Part shown: positions 12,488-25,589 of the stretch, piece by piece
Position numbering within the stretch: the stretch's first letter is position 1
Layout: every line of letters starts with the position of its first letter
NCBI GenBank assembly: GCA_030141605.1
Contig: JAQGDQ010000023.1
Coordinates: 806,001-870,000 of the forward strand
Direction: 5' to 3'
Source: Tubiluchus corallicola
Taxonomy: Eukaryota; Animalia; Priapulida
Length of the DNA: 64,000 nt
The notes under the pieces: generated by a model
Databases searched by the model: none
Seen by the model: the letters and a program-made list of their open reading frames with translations, nothing else
Told to the model about the DNA's origin: nothing
Position numbers and translations under genes: made by a program

Positions 12488-13394
12488 TCTTATCATCACG
12501 TAAAATCAGACTTCACTTAAACTTGCCTTGCAAAAAACACAAAAAACTAGCTCCTAGGAGCTAAGAAAAGCGACTCATATTAGTCCCTGATAAAAGTTTG
12601 GTTAAATGATAAATGATTAAACAATTATCCAACTATCATAAAACGTTTTGGACCCTAACAAACATAAAATCACATATTAAAAAAAGTAATTTAATTTAAA
12701 TACACCTACGTAACAGACACATATAATTACAGCATCATGGACAAAATCACATTTCAAAAACTAAGTTAATTAAACATACCTACATGTCAATTCGATGCTA
12801 ACAACTCAACAACTAATTCAATATATCCGAATGTTAGCAGATTACTTTTCATGATTTATATAAGCCGTTATTACTGTAGATCTCACTCATAATCCTAAAA
12901 CTTGGCATGCCAATTAATGATATTAGAAAACTGGAAAATTATTGTTCCTATCAACAATTAACATCAACAATCATAAAAAATAAACTACAAATACGGATAC
13001 ATGCGCAATTATCACAAATGAGTTTACAAAGCATCTTTAGCACACATTTTGACTCTCATTCATGCAATAATATTGAATGTCATACATTTCTTTCTCAAAA
13101 GATGACGGTTTCAATTGGGACTTTGAGGACAGCTATTCCAACAGGCTGGTAAGACAAAGATTTTGGCCATAAGTAATTTGACAAGTGAAGCTGTAATTTA
13201 TCCATTGAGATCAAAGAGGTTTTAAGTACAATTTGGGAAATGGGTGGCCTCTAGTATCGCCACTACTACACTTACTAATATAATAAAATTACAATTTAAT
13301 TTAAACTGATGAAATACAAAAAATATACAATATAATTTAAATCTCATTTAAGATCAACAAAATTTAATATAAACCAAAATACTTTGAAGCAACA

Positions 13395-13582
13395 TCAACA
13401 GCCTACTTGTTCAGCCCAAGATTTTAACAGTTGTCTGTTCACACCAGCACCACCACAGACAATTAGCACTATGGGACTTGTTTTTGAAATACTGCCGAAT
13501 GCTAGAAACTTTTGTACAATATCACTGTAGATGAAAGACAAAGTAGCACCACATGAGGGCTCCACTAGTATGTGATGATCAT
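13395..13582 (-). CDS. SDS: SDS coding exon 8 (terminal)
   Basis: DHHILVEPSCGATLS...IVCGGAGVNRQLLKSWAEQVGC*. Confidence 0.93.
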
Positions 13583-16500
13583 CTGTAATGAACAAGATCA
13601 CCGAAATAGTACAGGCACTAATGAAAAGCTACTTACATCACAACCATAATAACATAAAAATGAGATACTACTGCACAATGTGAATCAACAACAATGTATC
13701 CACGTAAATTTTGCACGTGAGTAAAGTTAGGCAGTCATTTAATCATTATAATTAAAGACTTGCATTTAAGCTGGATAGAATCCTCAAATGAATCCTATTA
13801 AGGTTTTCTAAAAAAAGTCATTCATCATCTTGAAATTTTTTTATACTAAAAAACATGCTGTACATTGTTAACAAACCCAATCTATAGAATCAAATCAAGT
13901 TCTCCAAACAAAAGGAGAGAGAACAAAAGCATGCATTACCTGCAAAAGATAAACATGCTGAAACAGCAGCATAATCACTAACAACTTCTGAAAGTACTGG
14001 ATGTTTCTGTGACAAGTTAAATGTCTGCTTTGAAACTGCCCGAGCGCCCAGCGTTTTTGCTATGCTACATTAAATTAAAGAAAAAGACAATGATAAAGAA
14101 GAACAGGACTAATTAAATGGTAACTGCTCTAGTGTGAATACAATGGCTATTGCTATTCAAATGCTCATCAGCATAAATTTTAGAATGTGTTTCTGCCAGA
14201 GACTGAGTGAACTTGCTAATGCTTTCATGTACATAAAATTACTGCTGCACAAGGTTACATAACTAAAGTACTTGGAAAAATCAGAGAAAATAGCAATGAA
14301 ATGAATTTAAATTACATAAAATCAATGATCAATATAAACGTTAATATACATGTCTAACTGAAAATGAAAGGTGCAGCAATAATAGCAACATTAAATCAAT
14401 AATGTTGACTTCTGTTAACAGGTTAAGATTCTCTTCTTCCAGGACGAATCCTGACATTACTCACACTGATGATGTCACTGATGATAAAGGACTGTATGAT
14501 GTCCTTTAGAATTGGGCAATTTAAATAAATAACTAGTTTTGCAAACCTAGCTATATCACTGATTGTAACAATCTTTCCTGCTTGCAGTGTCAAATTGAAG
14601 CAATCTGCACCAACAGTTTCCATGGCAACCACTGGTACATCATTCCAGCCAATATCCTGAGATTAAAGAAAATATTGTGCTTAACATGCGAAAACAACTA
14701 TATACCACTTGTGTTCAAAACAATTCAACTAATAATAGCTGCACTTAGTTTAACACTGGATCAAAAAAGAATATTAAGTTTCAATATTTAATCACTACTC
14801 TGCAATTTATCTTTGTTCTATTTCTCATAGCTGCCTGCTTGCAGGGACCACGCATGTTCATAGTTACATAAAAATGTAACATATGAACACATTAGCCCAA
14901 GAAATTTAAATCAAGAGAATCAATCACTGACGGAAGAAATAATTAAGTATTATAGACTTCCGGTAATTTTAAAATTTGTAGTAGTTATGCAAAAGGTGAT
15001 TCTCATGTACTTAAGAAAAACTAGACTTAATACGTTTTTGTATTCTAAATAAAACAGTGACCAGGAAGGTTCTGTATTTGATACATACTACAAAAGACAC
15101 TTAAAGACAATTAGTTCCCACATACCTGAAGACCATGTACAATGCCATTAAACAGACCACCTCCTCCGACAGAAACGACAATGGCGCCAGGTTTCTGAGG
15201 AATTTCGGCAGCTATTTCCTTAACTATGCTAGCATGGCCTTCCCTGAAGCAGGCAAACTATAAAATAGAAGTTATAACAAAATATCCACAGTGTTTACAG
15301 AATGCTGTTACAAGCAAAACTAAACAACACAATAAACATCATGTACAAGATATTTACATACTATGGATGCAAAGGCTGTATTGCTTTCGCCCAACATTGT
15401 CATTTTTTGTGTATTTATCACGTCTCATTTCAACTTCAGGAAAAAGCACACAAACATCATTCAACGATTATAAAACATCATTCACTTAAAGTTGCCTGAA
15501 AATATACCTGTTTTTTTTTAAACTTTTATGGCTAACAAGATGCATTTAAAAAGACAATTAATGTAACTAATCACCCAGTTTAAAAAGAAAATATTCAAAT
15601 GACTATCATTAGGTTGCCAAATACTGAGTTGTGTTTCTCCAGTAAATCACCTTTCAAACCCATCTTATACATGTTATGCAAAATATTAAATCTTACCAGA
15701 TATCTGGATGATCAAATGGATGAACAAATGTCACACCTAGGAGAAATTGTAAAGATATTAAATATTATTATTAGTTGTACAAAAATATTCATGAACTCAT
15801 TTTATAAATCTGATTTTACGTTATTATATCATCATTTTAAAGTTTCGACATATCGTAAATTAAAAGAAAATGTGGATTTAATTTACAAGGATAAGAAATG
15901 CTTAAATACATTACACAAACTGTTTTGTTGTAACTACTGTAATCAAAATACCTTCTTCTTTGCTCATCTCTAAAGCTTTTTTATTTGCTGCATCCCAGTT
16001 AATACCAAGCACATGTACAGTGGCTCCCTCATTACGCAGAATGTCAATCATCATCTGAGGTGTAGTTTCAGGCACACAGATGGTAGCTGCCACACTGAGC
16101 TTTCTAGCTGCATTAATAAAATAGCTTATTTATTTAAGATTAGAGTATGCAGACTATGACATAACCAAGCAAAATGCTATACACTATGACAACGAAAGTA
16201 CTAAAACCTTTAACAAGCTAACTAAGTCAAAGTCCAATGTAGTAACTGAACAAAAAATGAACCAAGCCAAGAGTACATTAAAACTATAGTTCTCAGACTA
16301 CTACAAAAAGTTTAAATATTAGAGTTTACAGTTCGTATTCAGTTAATAGAAACTTTATACATATTTTGGATTGCTGTACAAAATAGTCATTTTTTGTGTG
16401 CAGTTGAATGAGTAACGTAAATAATTAGGGCAGGCCTATTTGGCTATTTGACTCTATTGCAGTTACTTTGTTTTTATCGTATTACAATCAAATCTCTTCA

Positions 16501-19406
16501 CGCTGCCTACTTTGGGACTGCAAAAAATTGGCATTTTAGTGCTTTAGCATTGTAATGAGGTGCATTAATACACACACGTCTATGCAAATATAGAATTCTG
16601 ATTTGCTAAAAACTGGGTATTAAGAGAGGTTGTCATTATAAAGGGGGATATTACAATGAGATTCAATTGTATTTTACTACTCAATAAATACAATAATATT
16701 AAATAATTACATCAGAGTTGCAAGTTTGAGACGTGTTATTAGCTAAATTATTGTTGTTGTTGTTGTTGGCATCCTTCTGTCTCGAAAGACAATGGATTGT
16801 GCGCCAAGAGAGTCAGTTATTAATAAAATTGATGGAGCTGCAGCGTCGACTGTGACTGAGCAGTCCGATCCTTGAGCGGCAGTTCCGGCTGCAGGTTACA
16901 CATTGGAAGGCTGTTTCATCCGGGTGAGGTAGGGCATCTTTCTGGTGCCTGCGAGTCCTTTTATCCTCTTGTTTTTCCTCCCTCGTTTTCTCCGCTCTGT
17001 TAATGGCTGTCCTAACAGCAGATTTCCAGTTGCTTCGATCTGCCGCAAGCGCCTCGTAATTTGCTGGTGTCATGCCGCCTGCCTTGAGGTCCCGTTTACA
17101 TACATCTTTGTAGCGGAGCAGTGGCCTCCCGGTGGGTCGGGAGCCAGTAGCAAGCTCACCGTACAGAATGTCCTTGGGCAATCTGCCGTCCTGCATGCGG
17201 GAAACATGGCCTAGCCAGCGCAAACGTCTGTTGGTGAGTATGGCATACATGCTAGGGATTCCAGCTTTTGCTAGCACATCCTTGTTGGTTATGTGCTCCT
17301 GCCATGAGATGCCCAGGATTCTTCTGAGGCAGCGTTGGTGGAAAGCATTGAGCCTGCGTTCTTGATGGCTATACAGAGTCCAACTCTCGCTCCCGTACAA
17401 CAGTGTGCTCAGTACACAGGCTTGGTACACCTGGGACTTTGTCCTGATAGTCAGCATGTTGTTTTCCCACACCCTCTTTGTTAAGCGAGCCATCGTTGAT
17501 GAGGCCTTGCCGATTCTGGAGTTCAGTTCTGTGGCCAAGCTAAGATTGCTGGAAATAACAGAACCAAGATAGGTGAAATCTTCCACCACGTCAAGGCAGC
17601 AGTCATCGATGGAGATGTGAAGGGCTGGGGAAACATTTTGGCCTAAAACCTTGGTCTTTTGGATGCTGATTGTGAGGCCAAACTCACTGCAGGCATGGGC
17701 AAAGTTGTCAATGAGGCCTTGGAGGCCGGCTTCAGTGTGAGCTGTCAGTGCGGCATCATCTGCAAACAGCATTTCACGAATGAGAACTTTGCGAACCCGT
17801 GACTTTGCTCGGAGACGAGAGAGGTTGAACAGGCTGCCGTCGCTAAATTATAACAAAGTGATAAGTTAATGTTCTGCAATTAACTGAGAAAAAAGGTGTT
17901 TTTTGATAGATGGTTTCTCAGAAGAAAAGTTTGTGACAATCACGACATTACATGTATTTTACCTGAAAAAGCAGCAGCAAGTCCAGCATTACCACCCGAT
18001 GAGCACACAAACTGTTTACACCCCTTGGAAACTGCCTGTAATAAACCAGCAATTCATCCATGAAGTAAAGCAATCCATTGTATTAATGTGCAATCAACTG
18101 AAGTTGAGGTCACAAGAGTACTGAATGAAGTGTACATACACAACTTTTTGGTAAATATACAGTATAAGTTTGAACAATTTTCTTAGAAGTCAGTACACTG
18201 ATAAATGAATTTGACTGCTGGCGGCCAGCTTGAAGAGGCACCCCATTCACTCTACTTACGGGTTTATGTACCCTTTGGTTTGGACTTCAGCATTAACAAT
18301 TTTAAATGTTTCTGGAAAACTGAAATGTGATGAATATTGTTTTTACTCATAAATTTACTGGCATTGAATTTTTCGCCAAAAAGCACTAAATTGGAATTTT
18401 GAATACAAGATTTCATTTGAGCCATAACTGACATGGGTTGATTAAATTTATAGAATTTTGCCATTCTGCTGAAAGGACTACATGACGCTTTCATACTGAC
18501 TGAACAAAAATAGTAGAAATACTAAGAACAGTAAATTGACTTTCAGAAATATTTTTTCAGGAAGCAAAATGGAATTTAAAGGAGAATACAATGCACTGTA
18601 ATATTACATGTGACGCTCACTAGTGATGGGAAATTGTTTTTTTTTCTAAAAATTGATTAATCGGATTGCTTACTGGTCTGAGTGTCAGTTTGAAATTGAT
18701 TTTTCAACAGACTTGCAAATCTAGTTAAACGAACATATTTCTTCGTATTATATGCTTTAAAGTCAAGTACACATTAATGCAACACTGATTTTGATTTTTG
18801 CCTAAAACTGCTTTATTCGCAGGCACTCTTAGGCAAAAATCAGAATATTCAGCATGTAACTCACATCTTAATTGTGTCACTACAACACGCTTAGATTACC
18901 AATTAGAACAACATAATCTATTTCTACCACAGATTCTTCTTCCACAAATGCCATGTTGTCACAGCCTGTATGTCTACTCCGCACTTAAAAATTTGACAAA
19001 GCATATTCTGTTTAGACTGTGGAACTCCTTTCAAAGACTGCATGTTTCAGTTCGGTTTGTCAAACATGCAAATTATTGTAAATGTTCTTTAAATAAGTTT
19101 TTTTTTAGAAATTTTCTGTGCAACATTTAATCGACTTCATTATTTTACAGTCAATTCTCAAAATCTGCCTATTAACACTATTAACTACATTTTACTTTGT
19201 GCTAACCAAAACTCTGAATGCGTCTTCATTACCTTTTGGCATAAGTTAGATATGCCTCTAAGTTTAAAGGAATGAACTGGCTGCACACATTCTAGCTTGA
19301 GGTACACTGGAATACCAGCTCTTTGAGAAAGTGCTGTACTTTCAACAAGAGGTGTCTTTATGTAAAGTGGCACCTTCTTGGTGCGACACAAATCTTTGTC
19401 TTCCAT
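13395..19406 (-). CDS. SDS: L-serine dehydratase / L-threonine deaminase (SDS/SDSL family, PLP-dependent), 327 aa, 8 coding exons
   Basis: join(19406-19233, 18035-17963, 16107-15952, 15736-15697, 15243-15126, 14656-14547, 14064-13940, 13582-13395) = 984 nt, all GT-AG and in frame. Motifs: KTPL..S, LKLE..QP..SFKLRG (PLP lysine), CSSGGNAGLAAA, HPFDHPDIWEGH, VSVGGGGL, AMETVGA, SIAKTLG, LVEPSCGA, IVCGG. Confidence 0.95.
13940..14064 (-). CDS. SDS: SDS coding exon 7
   Basis: IAKTLGARAVS...VVSDYAAVSACLSFA; donor GTAATG. Confidence 0.93.
14547..14656 (-). CDS. SDS: SDS coding exon 6
   Basis: DIGWNDVPVVAMETVGADCFN...ISDIA; donor GTTTGC. Confidence 0.9.
15126..15243 (-). CDS. SDS: SDS coding exon 5
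   Basis: EGHASIVKEI...VVSVGGGGLFNGIVHGLQ; donor GTATG. Confidence 0.93.
15697..15736 (-). CDS. SDS: SDS coding exon 4 (40 nt)
   Basis: VTFVHPFDHPDI(W); acceptor CCTAG, donor GTAAGA. Confidence 0.93.
15952..16107 (-). CDS. SDS: SDS coding exon 3
   Basis: RKLSVAATICVPETTP...EGATVHVLGINWDAANKKALEMSKEE; AG/GT bounded. Confidence 0.93.
16485..16669. mobile_element. Degenerate Tc1/mariner (pogo/Tigger-type) MITE
   Basis: TA|CAATCAAATCTC ... GAGATTCAATTG|TA imperfect terminal inverted repeats flanked by TA. Confidence 0.45.
16752..17841 (-). mobile_element. 5'-truncated RTE-clade LINE with intact ORF 3' part, in the SDS intron between coding exons 2 and 3
   Basis: Frame open from the 5' junction (DGSLFNLSRLRAKSRVRKVLIREMLFADD...FTYLGS...LLYGSESW...RLRWLGHV.RM...CVTCSRNCRSRIGLLSH) to stop at 16813; (AAC)n tail; perfect 10-bp TSD GCTAAATTAT at 16742-16751 and 17842-17851. 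Confidence 0.95.
17963..18035 (-). CDS. SDS: SDS coding exon 2
   Basis: AVSKGCKQFVCSSGGNAGLAAAFS; AG/GT bounded. Confidence 0.93.
19233..19406 (-). CDS. SDS: SDS coding exon 1
   Basis: MEDKDL...SFKLRGISNLCQK, donor GTAATG; exon begins at 19423 after acceptor TTTTTTCAG. Confidence 0.93.
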
Positions 19407-22283
19407 TTTAACACTTTGGCTACCTGAAAAAATTCACATCACCTGCATTAATAACAAAATCTTCAATTAACTTCACTAAAAATCTTGAAAAAATATCATA
19501 AACTACAATGGAGTCTAAAGGATAATGATAGACAATACAATGCTATTTTAAAATTAAGGACACAGTATCTACAGATAATATAAAGCTCCATATATCATAA
19601 ATTATGTCAATGTTCGCTCTTAATAATTTGTTAGAAATTTCGGATACACTAGCAAATCTTAAACAATTAATTTCAGACATCATCTTGGATAACACTGCAC
19701 TTATCTCTATGTTACAAAAAAAATTATATGCAAGAGTACAATTAATTAGTAATATTTCAGGTGCAAGCATCTCTTTAAGAAAGAATGACAGGATGATAAC
19801 ATAAGCATCACAAAAAGTGCAGATTGCCAAGGGATGTCACACAGAATGTTAATTGCACAGTTTACAATGTTGCCAATTCTAGTGTAGTATCCATTTTGCA
19901 GAAATAAGTCATGAAAAGTAAACACAGGTAACTGCTTAATTATTCATGGATAAAAATAGTAAAATCATGTTTAGTTGCACATTTTTGATTTTCTCAATGC
20001 AAATTGTACAGTTAGTTAAAAGGAAAGGCTGTCTTTCGGGAAGTTAAGATTAATTTAAGACTTGAGAAAAATTGTGAAAAGCAACTCACGAGTGTAATTA
20101 GTAAAATCAAGTTTAAAGTTGTGATCACTTCAAACATGGGCATGCTCATTTTGAACAAAAAATATATATGAACACTTATGCCAGGTGCTTGAGCAAACAA
20201 TATACACATGTACAAATTATGTACACATTACAGTACTTACACATTTTAAGGTATAATCCTGTGTATTAAAACTATGTATGCACTTTAAAGTTGTCAATAA
20301 TTGATTCAATGACTAATTTTTGCATAAACACAGTAAAACACAATGCTAGAATAGCGAAATTTCTGAGTGAACTGCAGAAGTTTTGCTACACGTACCTTCA
20401 CAACGTTCAAGTAGTCCACCAGCTTATGTTCTTTTTTCACAGCAAGATTCATTTGGCGGAAAATAAGAAAAAAATAAATTTCTTTTACATTTTTAAGCAA
20501 TGCATTTTCAGCACATATATTTTGTGGTAATATCAATATTTTTTGTTATTGTATACATATTAAAATACAGTAAATGCTGTTGAGAGTAGGTTTAATAGTT
20601 TTTTTTAAGATTTACTGATAATAACCTTCAGTAAACTAACACTTAACAACTTTTACTTTTATTTGCTTATTAACTTAATCAACCACTTCCCCATCTTCCA
20701 CTTAAATTACAACAGACTGAAACAATGCAATAATTTTTCTTTTTCAAATGCTGCCCATTTGTATTCTGCCAACATATTATATGCCTAACCAAAAATAAAT
20801 TATGAATTATAATTAACGTATATATAACAAGAAATGGAGATTAATAATTTTTCGCACTTTCAGACATTACACATGCTCGAGGTGAAACGACCTAATACAT
20901 CTTGAAGTTACTCCAGTCTGCTCCAAGACTACGTTAAGGTCTTCGACTAAAACTAACTGCTGCAAAATGTCACACGCGCCTGAACAACAACCCATACTGC
21001 AACTGTTTAGGTGCTTAGACTGCTTGGTAGGTCGGTTTTCGCAACGGCGCATATGTAAAAAACCCTATCCTAAAAATAATGGAAATCTGACAATGCATTA
21101 CGTTATTAATCCAAGGCAAGAACGATAAGCTGTAAACTACCCATACTGACTTCTGTAAAAGTTGTACGTGTTTTTCAACGTGATTAGGAAAGCGATTGTC
21201 CTATTAAACTAAGCACGAGATACTCAGAATAACATCAAAGTAACTGTCTCTACGATTAATACGTGTGTTTTACGTCAATTCCAAACACCAAAACTAGCGC
21301 TATGAACAAGCACGCTACCATGAGGCACGTGAATGTGGTGCTGCCATCTGCAATTAGAATTACAAAAATTTCGTTTATTTTCCCCTGTTTGTAAAGGAAC
21401 GATGATTTATAAATATATAACTCCTATAATTAGACACAATGAATTAAAATAAAATGTAAATATATCATTAAAATTACCTTTTTAGTTACTATGTGTAGGT
21501 GAATGTTTGAAGCAAAGGAGTCAGGCAATACAGAGCTTTAATCGTGTCTACTACAGAGATTAAAATCGTGTCTACTACAGAGTTAGCTATTATGTATCAC
21601 ACAGATGAAAAAACGTGATTAAAAAGTGGTATAAAGTGATTACTATTTACACACAAGATAAAGGGGATAAAGAAAGGGGATAAAAAAAGTGATAAAAAAG
21701 TTACTTCAGAGTTGAGATAGACCCAAATTCTTGTCCTCTACCACACGATTGTGTTCTCCCAGTCTAATGCGGGTGTACCAAATTAAAAATAGGCCTATAC
21801 CTATTTACAGTGTATACTGTGAAATCAGTTTAAGATAATTACGAAATATTGTAATAAACGGCATTTTGAGTCTTCTCGCTAATTCATGACAGTCCCTGCC
21901 TGAGATTAAGAAGGCAGGATTAAAAAACTATGTGGAATAACAGTTTTCTGACATACATCTTTTTCTATGTGCTCCATGCAAGGAAACAGGTTGCTGACCC
22001 AAAGATATTTATTGGCTAGTGAAAACTGCACTCGTCAGAACTTGGCTATAATTTTTTCATAATGCCTGATATGCATTAACAGATTAGAAGCCTGTATAAT
22101 TTCTAGTACGTTTCGGTCCTTACTAATTTAATACGTTTTCGCTTTACTTATGTATAGTTAATTTGATTATATACACTGTGCTAACACAAATGTTAGAAAA
22201 ATTATAAACGCTAGAAAGGTTAATATAAATATAAAATATAATATAAAATATTCGAAAGAATAAAATCAAAATCAAACTTTAAT

Positions 22284-23467
22284 AGTGTTACTGGGGCGAA
22301 ATGCCATTTATTTTCAACCCTCCCTCAACATTCTGGTGGTCTCGTCATTACGAAGCCATTACATAGTAGCGCATATAAATGCCACATATAAAACTATTGC
22401 CATGGAATGGTGCCGTCGGTTCAGTAGGCTGACGGTGCATATTCCATTTAGCACCTGTTCCGCAATGACAGCCAGCATGGAGTGTAATGAATTAGGTACC
22501 TGGCGAGTTTTTAAATCGACAACTTCACCTTGTTTACTCACCAGGTATAGAGACGTGAAGTACCTCAGCACAGTGAAGTACGTCACCAACAACGTCGCCA
22601 ATTACTGCGAGATTTGTACAACACGTTCAGTCATGCTTCCAAGTTCTCGATAACTTTTACGGCACGAGTTATCTATACCTGCTTCACGGTGGCTCTCAGT
22701 ATCAAGAGCGAGGATAGTCTCTTCATTTTCTTCTTGTAAAGAATCGGTTTTTGAATACGACGGAGTATTTCTACAGATGGCGCAGTTTGCAATGGCAATA
22801 GCAGCAATGGATTGCTATTTTAACTTGTGCCACAATTGCTGGTGTTAATTTGTTATCGGGGTAGCTATATGTACGAAAACGAGTTTCGTAGACCCATGTG
22901 CCTCATCGTGTCTGCATTTTCCGGGGATGACGATGAGTCGGCAGCAGGGACGACTGTGCTTACCTAAGTGAACTGCTCTAGTACTATCCTCCGGTGAGAC
23001 CGGTCAAGTAGTGGAACGCACAGAACTTTCCAAACCTGCGAGTATCCGAGACGAATATGAAACGTCAGCGAATATTTGTGAGTTAGTCAAGTCCTTGCGA
23101 ATGAGCTAAACCACCCGTGTAGTAGAGCGGGAAACATTCATCATAACCATTTCATTCTGGACACCTTTATGCAGTTTACCAGGAACCAACCTACCTACTG
23201 AATTTGGCGTGGACGCAACCAGATCTTCGGGCCTGAAACCATATCTAATTTCTTTATTTATACTGCAAAATAGATTAAACTGCTCAAAACTTTGTATTTA
23301 GTAGATGCACTTTAAGCGTTATGCAGCTCAGATTTTCTTCCTTGTCTGCTCCATTTTTGTTCGAGGACATAGTATTTTCTATGGGGGGAGGACAGTGTTA
23401 CAACGGCGAAACACCATTTATTTTCATTCTACCCCTACATTGTAATGGTACGATTCACTGCGAAGCC
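22284..23467 (-). other. Segment bounded by two diverged 74-bp direct repeats, containing a possibly decayed ORF (unknown element)
   Basis: Repeats at 22284-22357 and 23394-23467 (shared blocks AGTGTTAC, GGCGAAA, CCATTTATTTTCA, CGAAGCC); interior more GC-rich than flanks. Confidence 0.5.
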
Positions 23468-24049
23468 GGCTTCGTGGGTTTCAGTGGGTAGGGGAAGGAG
23501 TGTTTTTAATATCATAGCACCTGTTTCTACAACATACACATTAACAAGCAAATTTTTATTCCTCACTTATTCCGAACACAAAATTAGGCCGTACTTATGA
23601 CCCACTGTGCTCACAACTGCTCATGCTTTATGGAAACTTGTAAGGCCAACATTAGTGATATTAATACTGAACTAGCAAAGGCCCCGCAAAACATTTTGCG
23701 TAAAAAACCACGTATAAGCAATAACACGCGAACATCCTACACAGTCCTCATTTATAACACAAAGCCCGTAAAGTCCGTAACATCCTGCCTACTTACCTAA
23801 CGCAAAGCCAGCAGCGTTTACTCCTGCCTACTGTATGTTGCAAAGCAGCTTTTTGCTGAATTAAAGTTATAGACACAATGGATGACGTCAGCACAATGGA
23901 ATGCGTCTGCCTTTGCGTCAGCAATTTTCTAAGGCGAAAATTGTCGATAATAGAACATCTTATTAACTCGTTGATACCCCTCTCGGTGGACCTGCACTAA
24001 AGTATAACCTACATCATCGTGTAGCCCTGTCCTTCCTCTTTGTAAAGAG

Positions 24050-24515
24050 CCGTATATCTCCTTCCGAGAGTCCCACCGGGCGACGCTAGAACGTTTTTTC
24101 TGCAGGCTGTTTGGTCAAAATTTCGAAAAAATCGCGAGTTGGGTCCGGGAAAACGCCCGTTGCGGGGCGCCCTGGCCCTCTCGCGAATTCTAAATATGCC
24201 TACTACACCCACCGCTGAACCGGCTATCTATCCATACCCAGGACCACCCTCGGCCCGTTCCCGTTCTCTACATCTCAGCCGTATAACTTTTGCAATTTTT
24301 TGCAAAAAACGGTCGAAAAAGGGGCATTTTTGGAGGTTTTTCGCCTCCCCCTCCTCCCGGTGGGCCCGATTCGAAAAATAAACCATCAATGGCACGACAC
24401 TAGATCGAGACCTTTCGTTTGATATATAGATCGCCGCAAATGGTGCTCTCGTCGAAGCTGTAGCCTCGAATCTTATATATATATATACCAAGAATATTAA
24501 TATAAGAGTATAGAT
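24050..24515. mobile_element. GC-rich dispersed repeat, possibly non-autonomous Helitron/Helentron-like
   Basis: 24138-24270 aligns with 33003-33135 (GTTGGGTCCGGGAAAAC.CCCGTT...TTCTAAATAT...CGTTCCCGTT). The minus strand begins ATCTATACT...ATA, resembling Helitron 5' ends; no 3' CTAG hairpin confirmed. Confidence 0.5.
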
Positions 24516-25589
24516 GGCGTACACCATCCGGTAAATTATGGGAGCTGGCAAACAAAACAAGGTTCGTTTTACCACATCATTAAAATTGCTTGCCCATGCC
24601 CAACTTCTGCTTACTTGCGTAATTGCTTACTTTTTGTGTTCCGAACCCCGAATCTCGATCCCGAACTCTTCTAAAATCCCCAGACCCGTTCCCAAACATT
24701 CAGTCCCATCTCCAACCCTGTTCCCAGACTTCTTATCCCAGATCTTCGCAGTCTCGGGTTCGAGTCCCGATTAGTTCACAGTTTTTCAGTTAGTGGAGTT
24801 ATGATCTGATTAATGAGCTTTTAAAGTTTTTAATTTGGGTTTAAAAGTATCAAAATTGGTGCAAGTTCTCAGTTGGTACGGCAACAAGTTCAAATAATAA
24901 GGGCCTCAAACTCTGAAGCATAGTTTATGGACCATATTGGGCATATATTCATCAATTAAAAGATAACAGCAAGTCTTATTTTCAACTTTGCGACTCTGAA
25001 GTATCGTTTATCAACTATATTATGCATATACTCACAAATTAAAAGAGAACAGCAAGCCTTATCCTTAACTTGGTAAGACGAGTTAGTCAGTGGTCAAGAG
25101 AAAGTGCTTCGCTTCGAAAGATAAGCCGAGAGGAAGCTGATCAGTGAATGGATTTGATCGCTTGTATTCATGTTCAATACTCATTCTATACGTTTTTGTT
25201 AGCTATTTTGAATTTGTTTAGTTACCTTGTCGAAATACGTCTGACTGTTTAGTGGTTCATCTTATAGGACTAGACCGGTCTCCGCCTAATTCCAGATTGC
25301 TGTCACACCACAAACATCAACCTTTACCAGGCCTTATCTGCTGGGCTAGGCTTGCAATGATACGTATAAAGAATTACTGCTGTTAAAAATAAAATCTATT
25401 ATGAGAGGATCAGTCAAACATTTTTACCAGTATGCTCTGATGGAAACATATTTAGTAGTAAACATGACTCTAACTTGTTTAGGGATAACATCGTGCAAGT
25501 ATGATTGCAAAATAATTTTATCATCTGAATCCACAGAGCACTAATTTGAATATTGTTGTCACATTCTGAGAAACATTCGCAGTAAGCAT

